Source: Fimbriosthenelais zetlandica
Taxonomy: Eukaryota
Direction of reading: 5' to 3'
DNA length: 64,000 nt
NCBI GenBank assembly: GCA_977030845.1
Contig: OZ365118.1
Location: forward strand, 18,600,001 to 18,664,000
Shown: positions 48,051-59,114 of the stretch, in pieces
How positions within the stretch are numbered: position 1 is the first letter of the stretch
Layout: each line of letters starts with the position of its first letter
Program-made: the position numbers and the translations under genes
The notes under the pieces: model-generated
What the model saw: only the letters and a program-made list of their open reading frames with translations
What the model was told of the DNA's origin: nothing
Database searches by the model: none

Positions 48051-50241
48051 GACATCATAACTTTTGGACGAGACAGTCTATACGTTTCAATTATGACGAG
48101 AAAATTACCAGCCGTGACATAAACCAGCTTGAAGGGAATTATGTGGATATCGAGGCATGAAGCCCAACCAACATAACCAAAGCCACACGCACGCGCATTC
48201 CCCTTGTCATCGATGCGGTAAGTAATGACGCAATACACATTACCTTCTACTTTATGTATATTGTTATAAGCCGTGATTTGTATGATTTGTATTGGAGATT
48301 GGAGATTTAGATTTTTAACTTTAAATGTTACTGATGGTAGTCTGAGCTAAATTCACTTTTCCACATATTGATCTCCTTTTTTATCTATAGTCACTGTGAT
48401 ATTGTTGTGGTCATTGTCAAATACAATTGAAATCATAAATCCGACTTATCTAAAACTTTGATATCACTGTAGGCCTATAATAGAGTTGTTCCCTACTCCA
48501 TGAATTTCTCCCTCATTTAATTTTCATGAAAAACACAGTCATTAGGCTTATAATAGGCTCACTACTCATTGATGAGATGAGTCAAATGTCAGTTGATTTA
48601 TTATCTTTAGGGCTTATTTACATCTCTGCACGGTTTTATGTCAAAAGTCATATAATCTTTGAAGGCTTGTAGGAAATCTGGAGTAGGCCTAGGAAATAGA
48701 AATCACTGAGAGAAAATCAGGTTTTTTATATTATATTATAATTTTCATGAATTGTGCGAGGTGTGAGGTACGTTTGGGCTACACTTCCGCCTCGATCCTG
48801 GACCTCCTTCGTGAATGTCAGATCTGATGCGATTTGGGGGCAGATCTTGCATGTCAGATTTTAATTTGATCAGATCATAAATCGGTGTAGTGTAGAACGC
48901 GCTTTACTCTATGAATTGCCGGTAGATGTAGTAGAGGGGAATGGGCGCGGGGTGCAGATTCATGTGAGTTGTGGCGGCGATAAGTCAATGTCTCAGGTAC
49001 ATAGGGCCTACATAGATAGGGCCTACACACGGCCGTTATTATTGACGTTAAAAGATGAATAGGTCCATAACTCCATAACACACAACTACACATTTCACTG
49101 TATTTCATCTCAAAAAATATTTGGACTCTACTGAACTGTATTTTCTCCAAAACTCGCCCGCATTGGAATGTTCTGAATTTCATCAGTGATAAATCAATGT
49201 TATTATAACAGATGTATATTATAATGTATAATTTAATTTATTTCATCTCATATTTCGTATGAATTAATCTGTTTGCCACGTTTTGCTTTTTCACATTTGG
49301 CGGTGGATATTTGCTGTTGTTCTGGGAATGTAACGTAGGCTGGTAATAGGAGGTATAATCTTACAGTTAGTGACAGGAAATGTGACGTAATCATACACAT
49401 GATACTGATAACCATGGCGATAATGGAGTAATGAATATGTATGTATTTAGCATAAACTACTATGTCACTTTAGTCAAACGTTACGTATTTCTAAGTAAGA
49501 GTAATGGAATCCTAATATAATAGTTATATGTTTGTTAGGAGGGGGGAGTGTTGGGTATGGGGAGTGTTGTAACAAGTTATGATATAAATGTCTGGAAGCG
49601 CTGGATATCACAATGATAGTCAATACAGAATAACAATCAAATACTCCCGGGGGCAGGTGAGAAAACCCTCCGGGAAACCAGCAGGAATTCCCCAATAATA
49701 GCAGGGGTATCCATCTCTGTGATCCCCCAGGAGCCCCCCGGCCCCCTCCCGGGACAAACTATATTTTTATATTCCGCGATATTTGGGAATATTTGAGCAG
49801 ACCTTCCGGTGCCGGAACTACTTGTGGGCAGTTGATAATCAATCTTCCTCCGCCTTTGATGACACCTGTCAAGTCATTATTGATAATAAACTATTTTTAA
49901 TATTTTCAGGTGTGAAGTGGACCACCTACCTGACTTTTGTACGTCTGTGTGGAGCGTCGCTCGGGGAAGACGTTGTGGATATTGAATCCGTGAGATTAGA
50001 AGCGTCCTCCTCTCAGGAGCAGAACAAACTCCCGGGGAAGGAGAATACTGCTACCATACCCCCAGACGGGCACCACAGCACCACCACCAGCACGACCAGG
50101 AACTAACACCCAGAGCAGCTCAACAGGCAGGAGGCGCTCACCACACAGCGCCATGAGCGGCGGGAGCGGGAGTTAGAACCAGGAGGAGGAGAGAGGAGCG
50201 GGAGGAGAGATAGACGTGCTGAAGACGCTGGACCAGCAAGA
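48051..50241 (+). other. Candidate spliced 5' leader of sGC-beta (exon 48051-48217 and the non-coding part of exon 49910-50244)
   Basis: Acceptor ttttcgtttcag and donor GCG|gtaagt delimit 48051-48217. Acceptor ttttaatattttcag opens the exon that ends in the beta ATG|gtgagt. Confidence 0.5.
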
Positions 50242-53200
50242 ATGGTGAGTAGCTCTGAGCAGCAGCCAGGATTCAATGTTTGCCTTCTTTTAGTCTATAT
50301 ATTTGCTTTATTTGCTTTTACACGTGTTTTAACAACATTGTACAAGACATAAAGCGTGAGATTATGTAGGGAATGAACAGGTAGCCGGGGAAAATCTATC
50401 CTTATTTTTGTATGGAGCTAATCTACGTGTTTCACGTACATTTACTTTAACAGAGACCTATAATGGGCTCTCTGACTTTATTACTGGTACTGTCATGATT
50501 GTACATTTGGTGCCGTTTTCCTCACACCGTAACTTGATAATAAAAGACGATCCAGGTCTCATTAACATAATTAATTCTTCCAGTGATTGGCGAGCGAGCA
50601 TGTTTTGAGATTTATTTTATTCTGACTTTTTATTCCAGTACGGATTTGTGAACTACGCTCTCGAGCTCCTTGTGCTGAGGAACTTTGGGGAAGCGATATG
50701 GGAGGATATCAAGTAAGTAACTACCATGTATCAATCATAAAAGTTTATCCTCTCTCTCATTCCCTTTCTCTTCTCTCTTCTCTCTCTTTCTCTTCTCTCT
50801 TCTCTCTCTCATTCTCTAACTCGATCATGTGATGACTGGAGAAGGTCACGTTAGGTGATTGAAAGCTTAGAAGTACAATCAATCACTTGTGTTAAAAAGA
50901 AACGAAATCCTAAACTGTACATATTACGTGAATGAATGTTTTAACGACGTGGTGCTGCACATGTACATTAAGTGAATGAATGTATCAACCATGTGGTATG
51001 TTTTGTCTGTCAGACGGGAAGCCTCGCTGGAGATGGAGGGTCACTTCCTCATCCGACTCGTCTACGATGATGCTATATCGTATGCCCTGGTCGGAGCAGC
51101 TTCTAAAGTCCTCAGTAAGTTAAACTTCTAACCTTTTATCATTGTTCAATATATTAGGAGTTTTTCAGCTTTTCAATGGGGGTCCTTTTCATGATAACAT
51201 ATATAGGCCTAACTTAGGCATATATTATTAATTCTAGAATGCTTTCAGAACATCATTCTACTCTCTAGGGAAATGGGGCAGATGGAAGTTGGTGACTAGC
51301 CCCCCCCCCCCCCCCCCCCCAATCAGTGATCAGTGATTGGTGTTTAATGTGACCTTGTCTTTCTTCCCACCAGATGTACCAGCTGACGACATTCTGGAGA
51401 TGTTCGGGTGTATGTTCTTTGACTTCTGTCAGGAGTCCGGCTATCAGAGTATCCTCCAGGTGTTAGGTTCTACCACCAGGGACTTCCTCCAGAACTTGGA
51501 CGCTCTCCATGACCACCTGGCCACCATCTACCCCGGCATGCGAGCACCCAGCTTCTGCTGCACCGAGAGGCCTGAAGACGGCGCCACCATACTCCATTAC
51601 TACTCTGAACGCGAGGGTCTGGAGAGCATCGTGATAGGTATCGTTAAAACGGTGGCCAAGAAGCTTCATGAGACAGAGGTGGACGTGAAGGTGTATAAGA
51701 CTAAAGCTGACGGTATTGATCATGTTCAGTTCCTGATCCTGGAGTCAGGAGAGAGCCAGGAGGTGAGCACTAAGACTAGTAAAGTCTACCAAGACGTCCT
51801 CTCAGACCAGCCCAAGATCAGCCCCGATTCCTTCGCTACGGTCTTCCCGTTCCACCTGATGTTTAATCAGGACCTGCGGATTATCCAGGCTGGTAAATCC
51901 ATCCAGCGGTTAATCCCGGAGATTAACTGCTCAACCACGTGTCATATGAGTGAGGTGTTTGTCATGGTGCGGCCACACATGGACTTTACGTTCTCTAACA
52001 TTACGTCCCATGTTAACACCATCTACGTGCTGTCGTCACGTCCTGCCGTCCACCTGACCGGCTGTCAGGAGGCGGGAGCCAGTCTACGTCTGAAGGGAGA
52101 GATGGTGTGGGTTCAGGAGAGTGACGCTCTACTCTTCCTGTGCTCACCTGCCGCCGCCTCGCTGGATGAACTCTGTCGTCTGGGGATGTTCCTCAGTGAT
52201 ATACCGCTTCATGATGCCACCCGTGATCTGGTTCTCCTGTCAGAGGAGTTCCACTCACAATATAAACTGACACGCAGGCTAGAGCTGCTCAATGATAAAC
52301 TCCAACAAACCTACCAGGAGCTGGCTGACGAGAAGAAGAAAACAGACAAGTAGGACTCTCACTTATTTTATTTTAATAATCTCTATTGACAGTAACTCCC
52401 TCTTATACCACCATCTCTCTATTGACAGTAGTTGAAACCTTCTATCTCTGTATGTAAGCCTTCTATCTCTGTATGTAAACCTTCTATCTCTGTATGTATG
52501 CCTTCTATCTCTGTATGTAAGCCTTCTATCTCTGTATGTAAGCCTTCTATCTCTGTATATAAGCCTTCTATCTCTGTATGTAAACCTTCTATCTCTGTAT
52601 GTATGTCTTCTATCTCTCTGTATGTAAGCCTTCTATCTCTGTATGTAAGCCTTCTATCTCTGTATGTAAGCCTTCTATCTCTGTATGTATGCCTTCTATC
52701 TCTGTATGTAAACCTTCTATCTCTGTATATAAGCCTTCTATCTCTGTATGTAAACCTTCTATCTCTGTATGTAAGCCTTCTATTTCTGTATGTAAGCAAT
52801 TCTATCTCTGTATGTATGTCTTCTATCTCTCTGTATGTAAGCCTTCTATCTCTCTGTATGTAAGCCTTCTATCTCTGTATGTAAGCCTTCTATCTCTGTA
52901 TATAAGCCTTATATCTCTGTATGTAAGCCTTCTATCTCTGTATGTAAGCCTTCTATCTCTGTATATAAGCCTTCTATCTCTGTATGTAAACCTTCTATCT
53001 CTGTATGTATGTCTTCTATCTCTCTGTATGTAAGCCTTCTATCTCTGTATGTAAGCCTTCTATCTCTGTATGTATGCCTTCTATCTCTGTATGTAAACCT
53101 TCTATCTCTGTATATAAGCCTTCTATCTCTGTATGTAAACCTTCTATCTCTGTATGTAAGCCTTCTATTTCTGTACGTAAGCAATTCTATCTCTGTATGT

Positions 53201-56200
53201 ATGTCTTCTATCTCTCTGTATGTAAGCCTTCTATCTCTGTATGTAAGCCTTCTATCTCTGTATGTAAGCCTTCTATCTCTGTATATAAGCCTTATATCTC
53301 TGTATGTAAGCCTTCTATCTCTGTATGTAAGCCTTCTATCTCTGTATATAAGCCTTCTATCTCTGTATGTAAACCTTCTATCTCTGTATGTATGTCTTCT
53401 ATCTCTCTGTATGTAAGCCTTCTATCTCTGTATGTAAGCCTTCTATCTCTGTATGTAAGCCTTCTATCTCTGTATATAAGTCTTCTATCTCTGTATGTAA
53501 GCCTTCTATCTCTGTATGTAAGCCTTCTATCTCTCTGTATGTATGTCTTCTATCTCTGTATGTAAGCCTTCTATCTCTGTATGTAAGTCTTCTATCTCTG
53601 TATGTAAGCCTTCTATCTCTGTATATAAGCCTTCTATCTCTGTATGTAAGCCTTCTATCTCTGTATGTAAGCCTTCTATCTCTGTATATAAGCCTTCTAT
53701 CTCTGTATGTATGTCTTCTATCTCTGTATGTAAACCTTCTACCTCTGTATGTATGTCTTCTATCTCTCTGTATGTAAGCCTTCTATCTCTGTATGTAAGC
53801 CTTCTATCTCTGTATGTAAGCCTTCTATCTCTGTATGTATGCCTTCTATCTCTGTATGTAAACCTTCTATCTCTGTATATAAGCCTTCTATCTCTGTATG
53901 TAAACCTTCTATCTCTGTATGTATGTCTTCTATCTCTGTATGTATGCCTTCTATCTCTGTATGTATGCCTTCTATCTCTGTATGTAAGCAATTCTATCTC
54001 TGTATGTAAGCCTTCTATCTCTGTATGTAAGCCTTCTATCTCTGTATATAAGCCTTCTATCTCTGTATGTAAACCTTCTATCTCTGTATGTATGTCTTCT
54101 ATCTCTGTATGTATGCCTTCTATCTCTGTATGTATGCCTTCTATCTCTGTATGTAAGCAATTCTATCTCTGTATGTATGTCTTCTATCTCTGTATGTAAG
54201 CCTTCTATCTCTGTATGTAAGCCTTCTATCTCTGTATGTAAGCCTTCTATCTCTGTATGTATGCCTTCTATCTCTGTATGTAAACCTTCTATCTCTGTAT
54301 ATAAGCCTTCTATCTCTGTATATAAGCCTTCTATCTCTGTATGTAAGCCTTATATCTCTGTATGTAAGCCTTATATCTCTGTATGTAAGCCTTCTATCTC
54401 TGTATGTATGTCTTCTATCTCTGTATGTATGCCTTCTATCTCTCTGTATGTAAGCCTTCTATCTCTGTATGTAAACCTTCTATCTCTGTATGTAAGCCTT
54501 CTATCTCTGTATGTATGCCTTCTATCTCTCTGTATGTAAGCCTTCTATCTCTGTATGTAAACCTTCTATCTCTGTATGTAAGCCTTCTATCTCTGTATGT
54601 AAGTCTTCTATGTCTGTATGTAAGCCTTCTATCTCTGTATGTAAGCCTTCTATCTCTGTATGTAAGCCTTCTATCTCTGTATGTAAGCCTTCTATCTCTG
54701 TATTTAAGCCTTCTATCTCTGTATATAAGCCTTCTATCTCTGTATGTAAACCTTCTATCTCTGTATGTATGTCTTCTATCTCTCTGTATGTAAGCCTTCT
54801 ATCTCTGTATGTAAGCCTTCTATCTCTGTATGTAAGCCTTCTATCTCTGTATGTAAGCCTTCTATCTATGTATGTAAGCAATTCTATCTCTGTATGTAAG
54901 CCTTCTATCTCTGTATGTATGCCTTCTATCTCTGTATGTAAACCTTCTATCTCTGTATATAAGCCTTCTATCTCTGTATGTAAGCCTTCTATCTCTGTAT
55001 GTAAGCCTTCTATCTCTGTATGTAAGCCTTCTATCTCTGTATGTAAGCCTTCTATCTCTGTATGTAAACCTTCTATCTCTGTATATAAGCCTTCTATCTC
55101 TGTATGTATGCCTTCTATCTCTGTATGTAAACCTTCTATCTCTGTATATAAGCCTTCTATCTCTGTATGTAAGCCTTCTATCTCTGTATGTAAGCCTTCT
55201 ATCTCTGTATGTAAGCCTTCTATCTCTGTATGTAAGCCTTCTATCTCTGTATGTAAGCAATTCTATCTCTGTATGTAAGCCTTCTATCTCTGTATGTAAG
55301 CCTTCTATCTCTGTATATAAGCCTTCTATCTCTGTATGTAAGCCTTCTATCTCTGTATGTAAGCCTTCTATCTCTGTATGTAAGCCTTCTATCTCTGTAT
55401 GTAAGCCTTCTATCTCTGTATGTAAGCAATTCTATCTCTGTATGTAAGCCTTCTATCTCTGTATGTAAGCCTTCTATCTCTGTATGTAAGCCTTCTATCT
55501 CTGTATGTAAACCTTCTATCTCTGTATATAAGCCTTCTATCTCTGTATGTATGCCTTCTATCTCTGTATGTAAACCTTCTATCTCTGTATATAAGCCTTC
55601 TATCTCTGTATGTAAGCCTTCTATCTCTGTATGTAAGCCTTCTATCTCTGTATGTAAGCCTTCTATCTCTGTATGTAAGCCTTCTATCTCTGTATGTAAG
55701 CAATTCTATCTCTGTATGTAAGCCTTCTATCTCTGTATGTAAGCCTTCTATCTCTGTATGTAAGCCTTCTATCTCTGTATGTAAACCTTCTATCTCTGTA
55801 TATAAGCCTTCTATCTCTGTATGTATGCCTTCTATCTCTGTAAGTCTTCTATCTCTGTAAGTCTTCTATCTCTGTATGTATGCCTTCTATCTCTGTATGT
55901 ATGTCTTCTATCTCTGTATGTATGCCTTCTATCTCTGTAAGTCTTCTATCTCTGTAAGTCTTCTATCTCTGAACATGTATATAACTGTTCCCTGTCTCTG
56001 TCCTCAGGTTGATGTACTCAGTGCTGCCCCCATCTGTCGCGGATGATCTCCGCAACAAGCGTCCGGTTCACCCGCGACGTTACGATCAGGTTACGGTCCT
56101 CTTCAGTGGTATCGTCGGCTTTAACGAGTTCTGCGCCAAACATTCTGACCAGGCTGGAGCAAGAAAAATAGTCCAGGTGCTCAACGACCTCTACACTACG

Positions 56201-57842
56201 CTAGACAAGCAGGTGGACCCCAAGAAAAACCCCAATGTCTACAAGGTGAGAAAAACGGACCATGACAGTCACAGTATTATAATGGGCACCTTGCTGTATT
56301 ATTAAACTGTTCATATTATAATGCTTTAAATCAGTTATTATTATAAGGCTGTAATTGACAGGGAGCGTTCTGTAATTAGCAGAGGGCGTCCTGTAATTAG
56401 CAGAGGGCGTTCAGTAATTAGCAGAGGGCGTCCTGTAATTAGCAGAGGGCGTCCTGTAATTGGCAGAGGGCGTCCTGTAATTAGCAGAAGGCGTCCTGTA
56501 ACTCATGCAAGTCGTTGATTGATTGTTGTGTATCTTCTCATGTTAATACTGTTCACAAACTGTAGGAAGTTCTGGTCTTATTGTCTACATTAATTGACGA
56601 TGCGTCATTGTTACAGGTGGAGACGGTGGGAGATAAGTACATGGCTGTCAGTGGTGTACCTGAACCGTGTACAGACCATGCTCGATGTATCGGCCGACTG
56701 GCGCTGGATATGATGGACAGTATTAAAGCACTACAGGACCCAGACGGCCACCATATACAGGTGAGCTTCTTCACGTAAACTTGGTCCTTTAAACTTAGTT
56801 AATACCAGGCATCAGCGTTGTATCCACATGACTCTGCACCGCCTGCGCTGCACCGCTCCTGTACATAGGTCCCTATACTTCCACTCTTTGTAAACATTAT
56901 GTTAGCAAAATTGAGGAAGTCTAGACCCAATAATCTAAAACCTATGCAGAGGTAACATTTAGCCAAAATATTTATTCCAAACCAAAAGGGTTCTCTCCGA
57001 AACCCTCTACTTCCTCTACAAAGGAATGTTATATTGGACATTTAGACCCCCTACCCAATGAAATTCTCATATGATGGCTTGTTAATAATGAATGTGATGT
57101 TTATTAATAATAATGAATGCGATGATGTTTATTAATAATAATGAATGTGATGATGTTTTTAGCTGACAATTGGCCTGCATAGCGGCGAGGTGATGACTGG
57201 AGTGATCGGCACGCGCATGCCCAGATACTGTCTCTTTGGTAACACAGTAAACCTAGCGAGCCGCACAGAAACTACCGGTGCCAAGGGAGAAATCAACGTG
57301 TCTGAAGAGGCTCACAAGTAAGAGAATACTCCATCCTCCACATTACAATATGATAATGCCATGTTATTCCAGAACTCTCACCCTCACCACCGATGGTGGG
57401 AGTAAGAGAGTGAGAGGGAGAGAGAGAGTGAGGGTGAGTGTGAGGGTGAGTGATAGGGTGAGTGCGAGGGTGAGAGTGAGTGAGTGAGTGAGTGAGTGAG
57501 TGAGTGAGAGAAGGAGCAACACAGGGAGACAATGAGAGAGAGAGTAAAAGAGACCGAGAGTGAGTGACACTGAGAGAGATAGTAAGAGAGAGAGAGAGAG
57601 GAATATAGAGAGAGAGAATTAGAGAGCTGCCACAATTAAAGCCATCATTCAATGAATGAATTATTATATTTATTTCTTTATAATCTCTAATTACTCTCTG
57701 TATCTTCGGTTGCAGTAATTTCTCTATGGATGACAACTATGACTCCCAGTTCCTCTTTGAATACCGAGGTCCGGTGGCCATGAAGGGGAGGAAGACTCCC
57801 ATGATTTGCTGGTTGCTCAGACGGTCACCCTCAACCGATTAA
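50242..57842 (+). CDS. GUCY1B1: Soluble guanylate cyclase beta-1-type subunit (NO receptor), 605 aa; exons 50242-50244, 50639-50712, 51014-51114, 51374-52349, 56008-56245, 56617-56760, 57163-57317, 57716-57842
   Basis: Begins [13 protein letters not shown]. The H-NOX domain has His105 (51508-51510), Pro118, Y135-S137-R139 and Ile145 at the same numbering as mammalian beta1. PAS and coiled coil follow. The cyclase has the beta1-type [32 protein letters not shown]. All junctions are canonical and in phase. AATAAA at ~57966. Confidence 0.97.
52438..55970. repeat. 3.5-kb 21-bp minisatellite (~168 copies) filling the fourth coding intron of sGC-beta
   Basis: Unit tatctctgtatgtaagccttc, with minor variants (aaac, tatg, tgtc, tata, caat) and occasional 2-bp slips. 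Confidence 0.98.
56349..56501. repeat. 21-bp tandem repeat (~7 copies) in an sGC-beta intron
   Basis: Unit ctgtaattagcagagggcgtc. Confidence 0.92.
57390..57615. repeat. GA/GAGT microsatellite in the last sGC-beta intron
   Basis: (GAGT)n and (GA)n tracts. Confidence 0.9.
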
Positions 57843-58520
57843 ACTTAACAAACACTCTGTAATGCATGTAACTAATTATAAGGTGTTCTAGGGTGTGAAC
57901 AAGAGTAATCATCTCCTACTTCTATGAACGTGCACTGCCCCTATTAAGCTACCAAATATCTGTACAAATAAATAGATCTCACATCTATATTAATGTCAGT
58001 GAAGCAGGGTGTTGGTGGGTTTACTCCCAATATCTCAGTCAGAATACATCATGGAGCTTTCACATTGTTGTCATGGAGCATCTACGTCCTTCTGTCCATT
58101 GCAGGGTTTCATTGTCCCAGCCCATCAGTCCGCCAGTAAATGCCAATTTGTGTTATATCAACTGTAGCAGACATCTTTTGGCTGCCATGTTGAAGGTATT
58201 GTGCGTGCCCAGAGGCGGCGCCTGGTGTCAAATGTGCAAAACTAAAGAAATTCCATAGAAATCCACTAGAGGGCTCCCAGTTCCACGTTCATTTCTACCT
58301 TCTCTATTCTAAATTTCACTTTGATGAAAAGGAGGATTTTAAGACTTTAATCTGTTAAAATATAAGGATATTGAAAACCCTTTCAGGCCTCAGTTCCTTC
58401 CATATTAACAATCCACGATAACGGAAAACTAAGATTCAGAATTTGATTCCTTTCTCTATGATTCCTATGTAGACCAACATGTATTTCTATTTCTATTTGT
58501 AGGCTATATGTCCCTCCTCT

Positions 58521-59114
58521 GTAATGTTGTCGATTTTTCAGCAAAGACATATATTCAGTTTCCATAGCAACTGCAGTATTTGGTATTTCAGAATTTTTAC
58601 ATTTAATATTCAAGGTATGTCAACTACCTATCTCGTGCATATATAATTAAAGACAATTGTATTGGATAGTTTCCATGGTGATAAGGGCGAAATGCAACAT
58701 TCACATCCTCCTCTCTCCACCCTTCCTCTCTCTGGTCAGGTCAGGTATAGAAATACCTTGCGCTGCTATGGCCCGCGTGCGCTGCTATGGCCCGCCTGCG
58801 CTGCTCTGATCTGCCTGCATTAAGCCATGCTTTGCTGGCATTTCCTAGCCTTGCCTGCGCTCCTTAGCCTCGCCTGCGCTCCTTAGCCCCGCTCCTTTAG
58901 ATATACTTCCACTCTGTTTATCTGTTATAATGTGAATGTTCCTTTTTGCCGTCATCACCATGGAAACTGACCGATACAATTGTCTTTAATTATATATGCA
59001 TGACTTAGGTAGTTGACGTACATTGAATATTGAATGTAAAAATTGCTGAAATACCAATTACTGCAGTTGCTCTGGAAACTCAAAATAAATCTGCTGAAAA
59101 ATCGATGAAATTAC
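58521..59114. mobile_element. Fold-back/MITE-like element with ~170-bp imperfect inverted arms (58521-58692, 58943-59114)
   Basis: The arms are reverse complements along their length (e.g. gtttccatagcaactgcagtatttggtatttcag vs ctgaaataccaattactgcagttgctctggaaac). A third, solo copy lies at 62311-62482. No transposase ORF. Confidence 0.65.

Noticed and set aside
51374-51640. Atypical O2-binding soluble guanylate cyclase
   Set aside because: Distal position 145 is Ile, not Tyr, and the cyclase has the beta1-type LFSGIVGF lacking the first Asp, so this is a conventional NO-selective heterodimeric beta1.
52419-55703. Many long ORFs on both strands (KPSISVC, YRDRRLT, TEIEGLH repeats)
   Set aside because: Artefact of a 21-bp (multiple of 3) stop-poor minisatellite lying wholly inside a canonical sGC-beta intron; frames shift at 2-bp slips.
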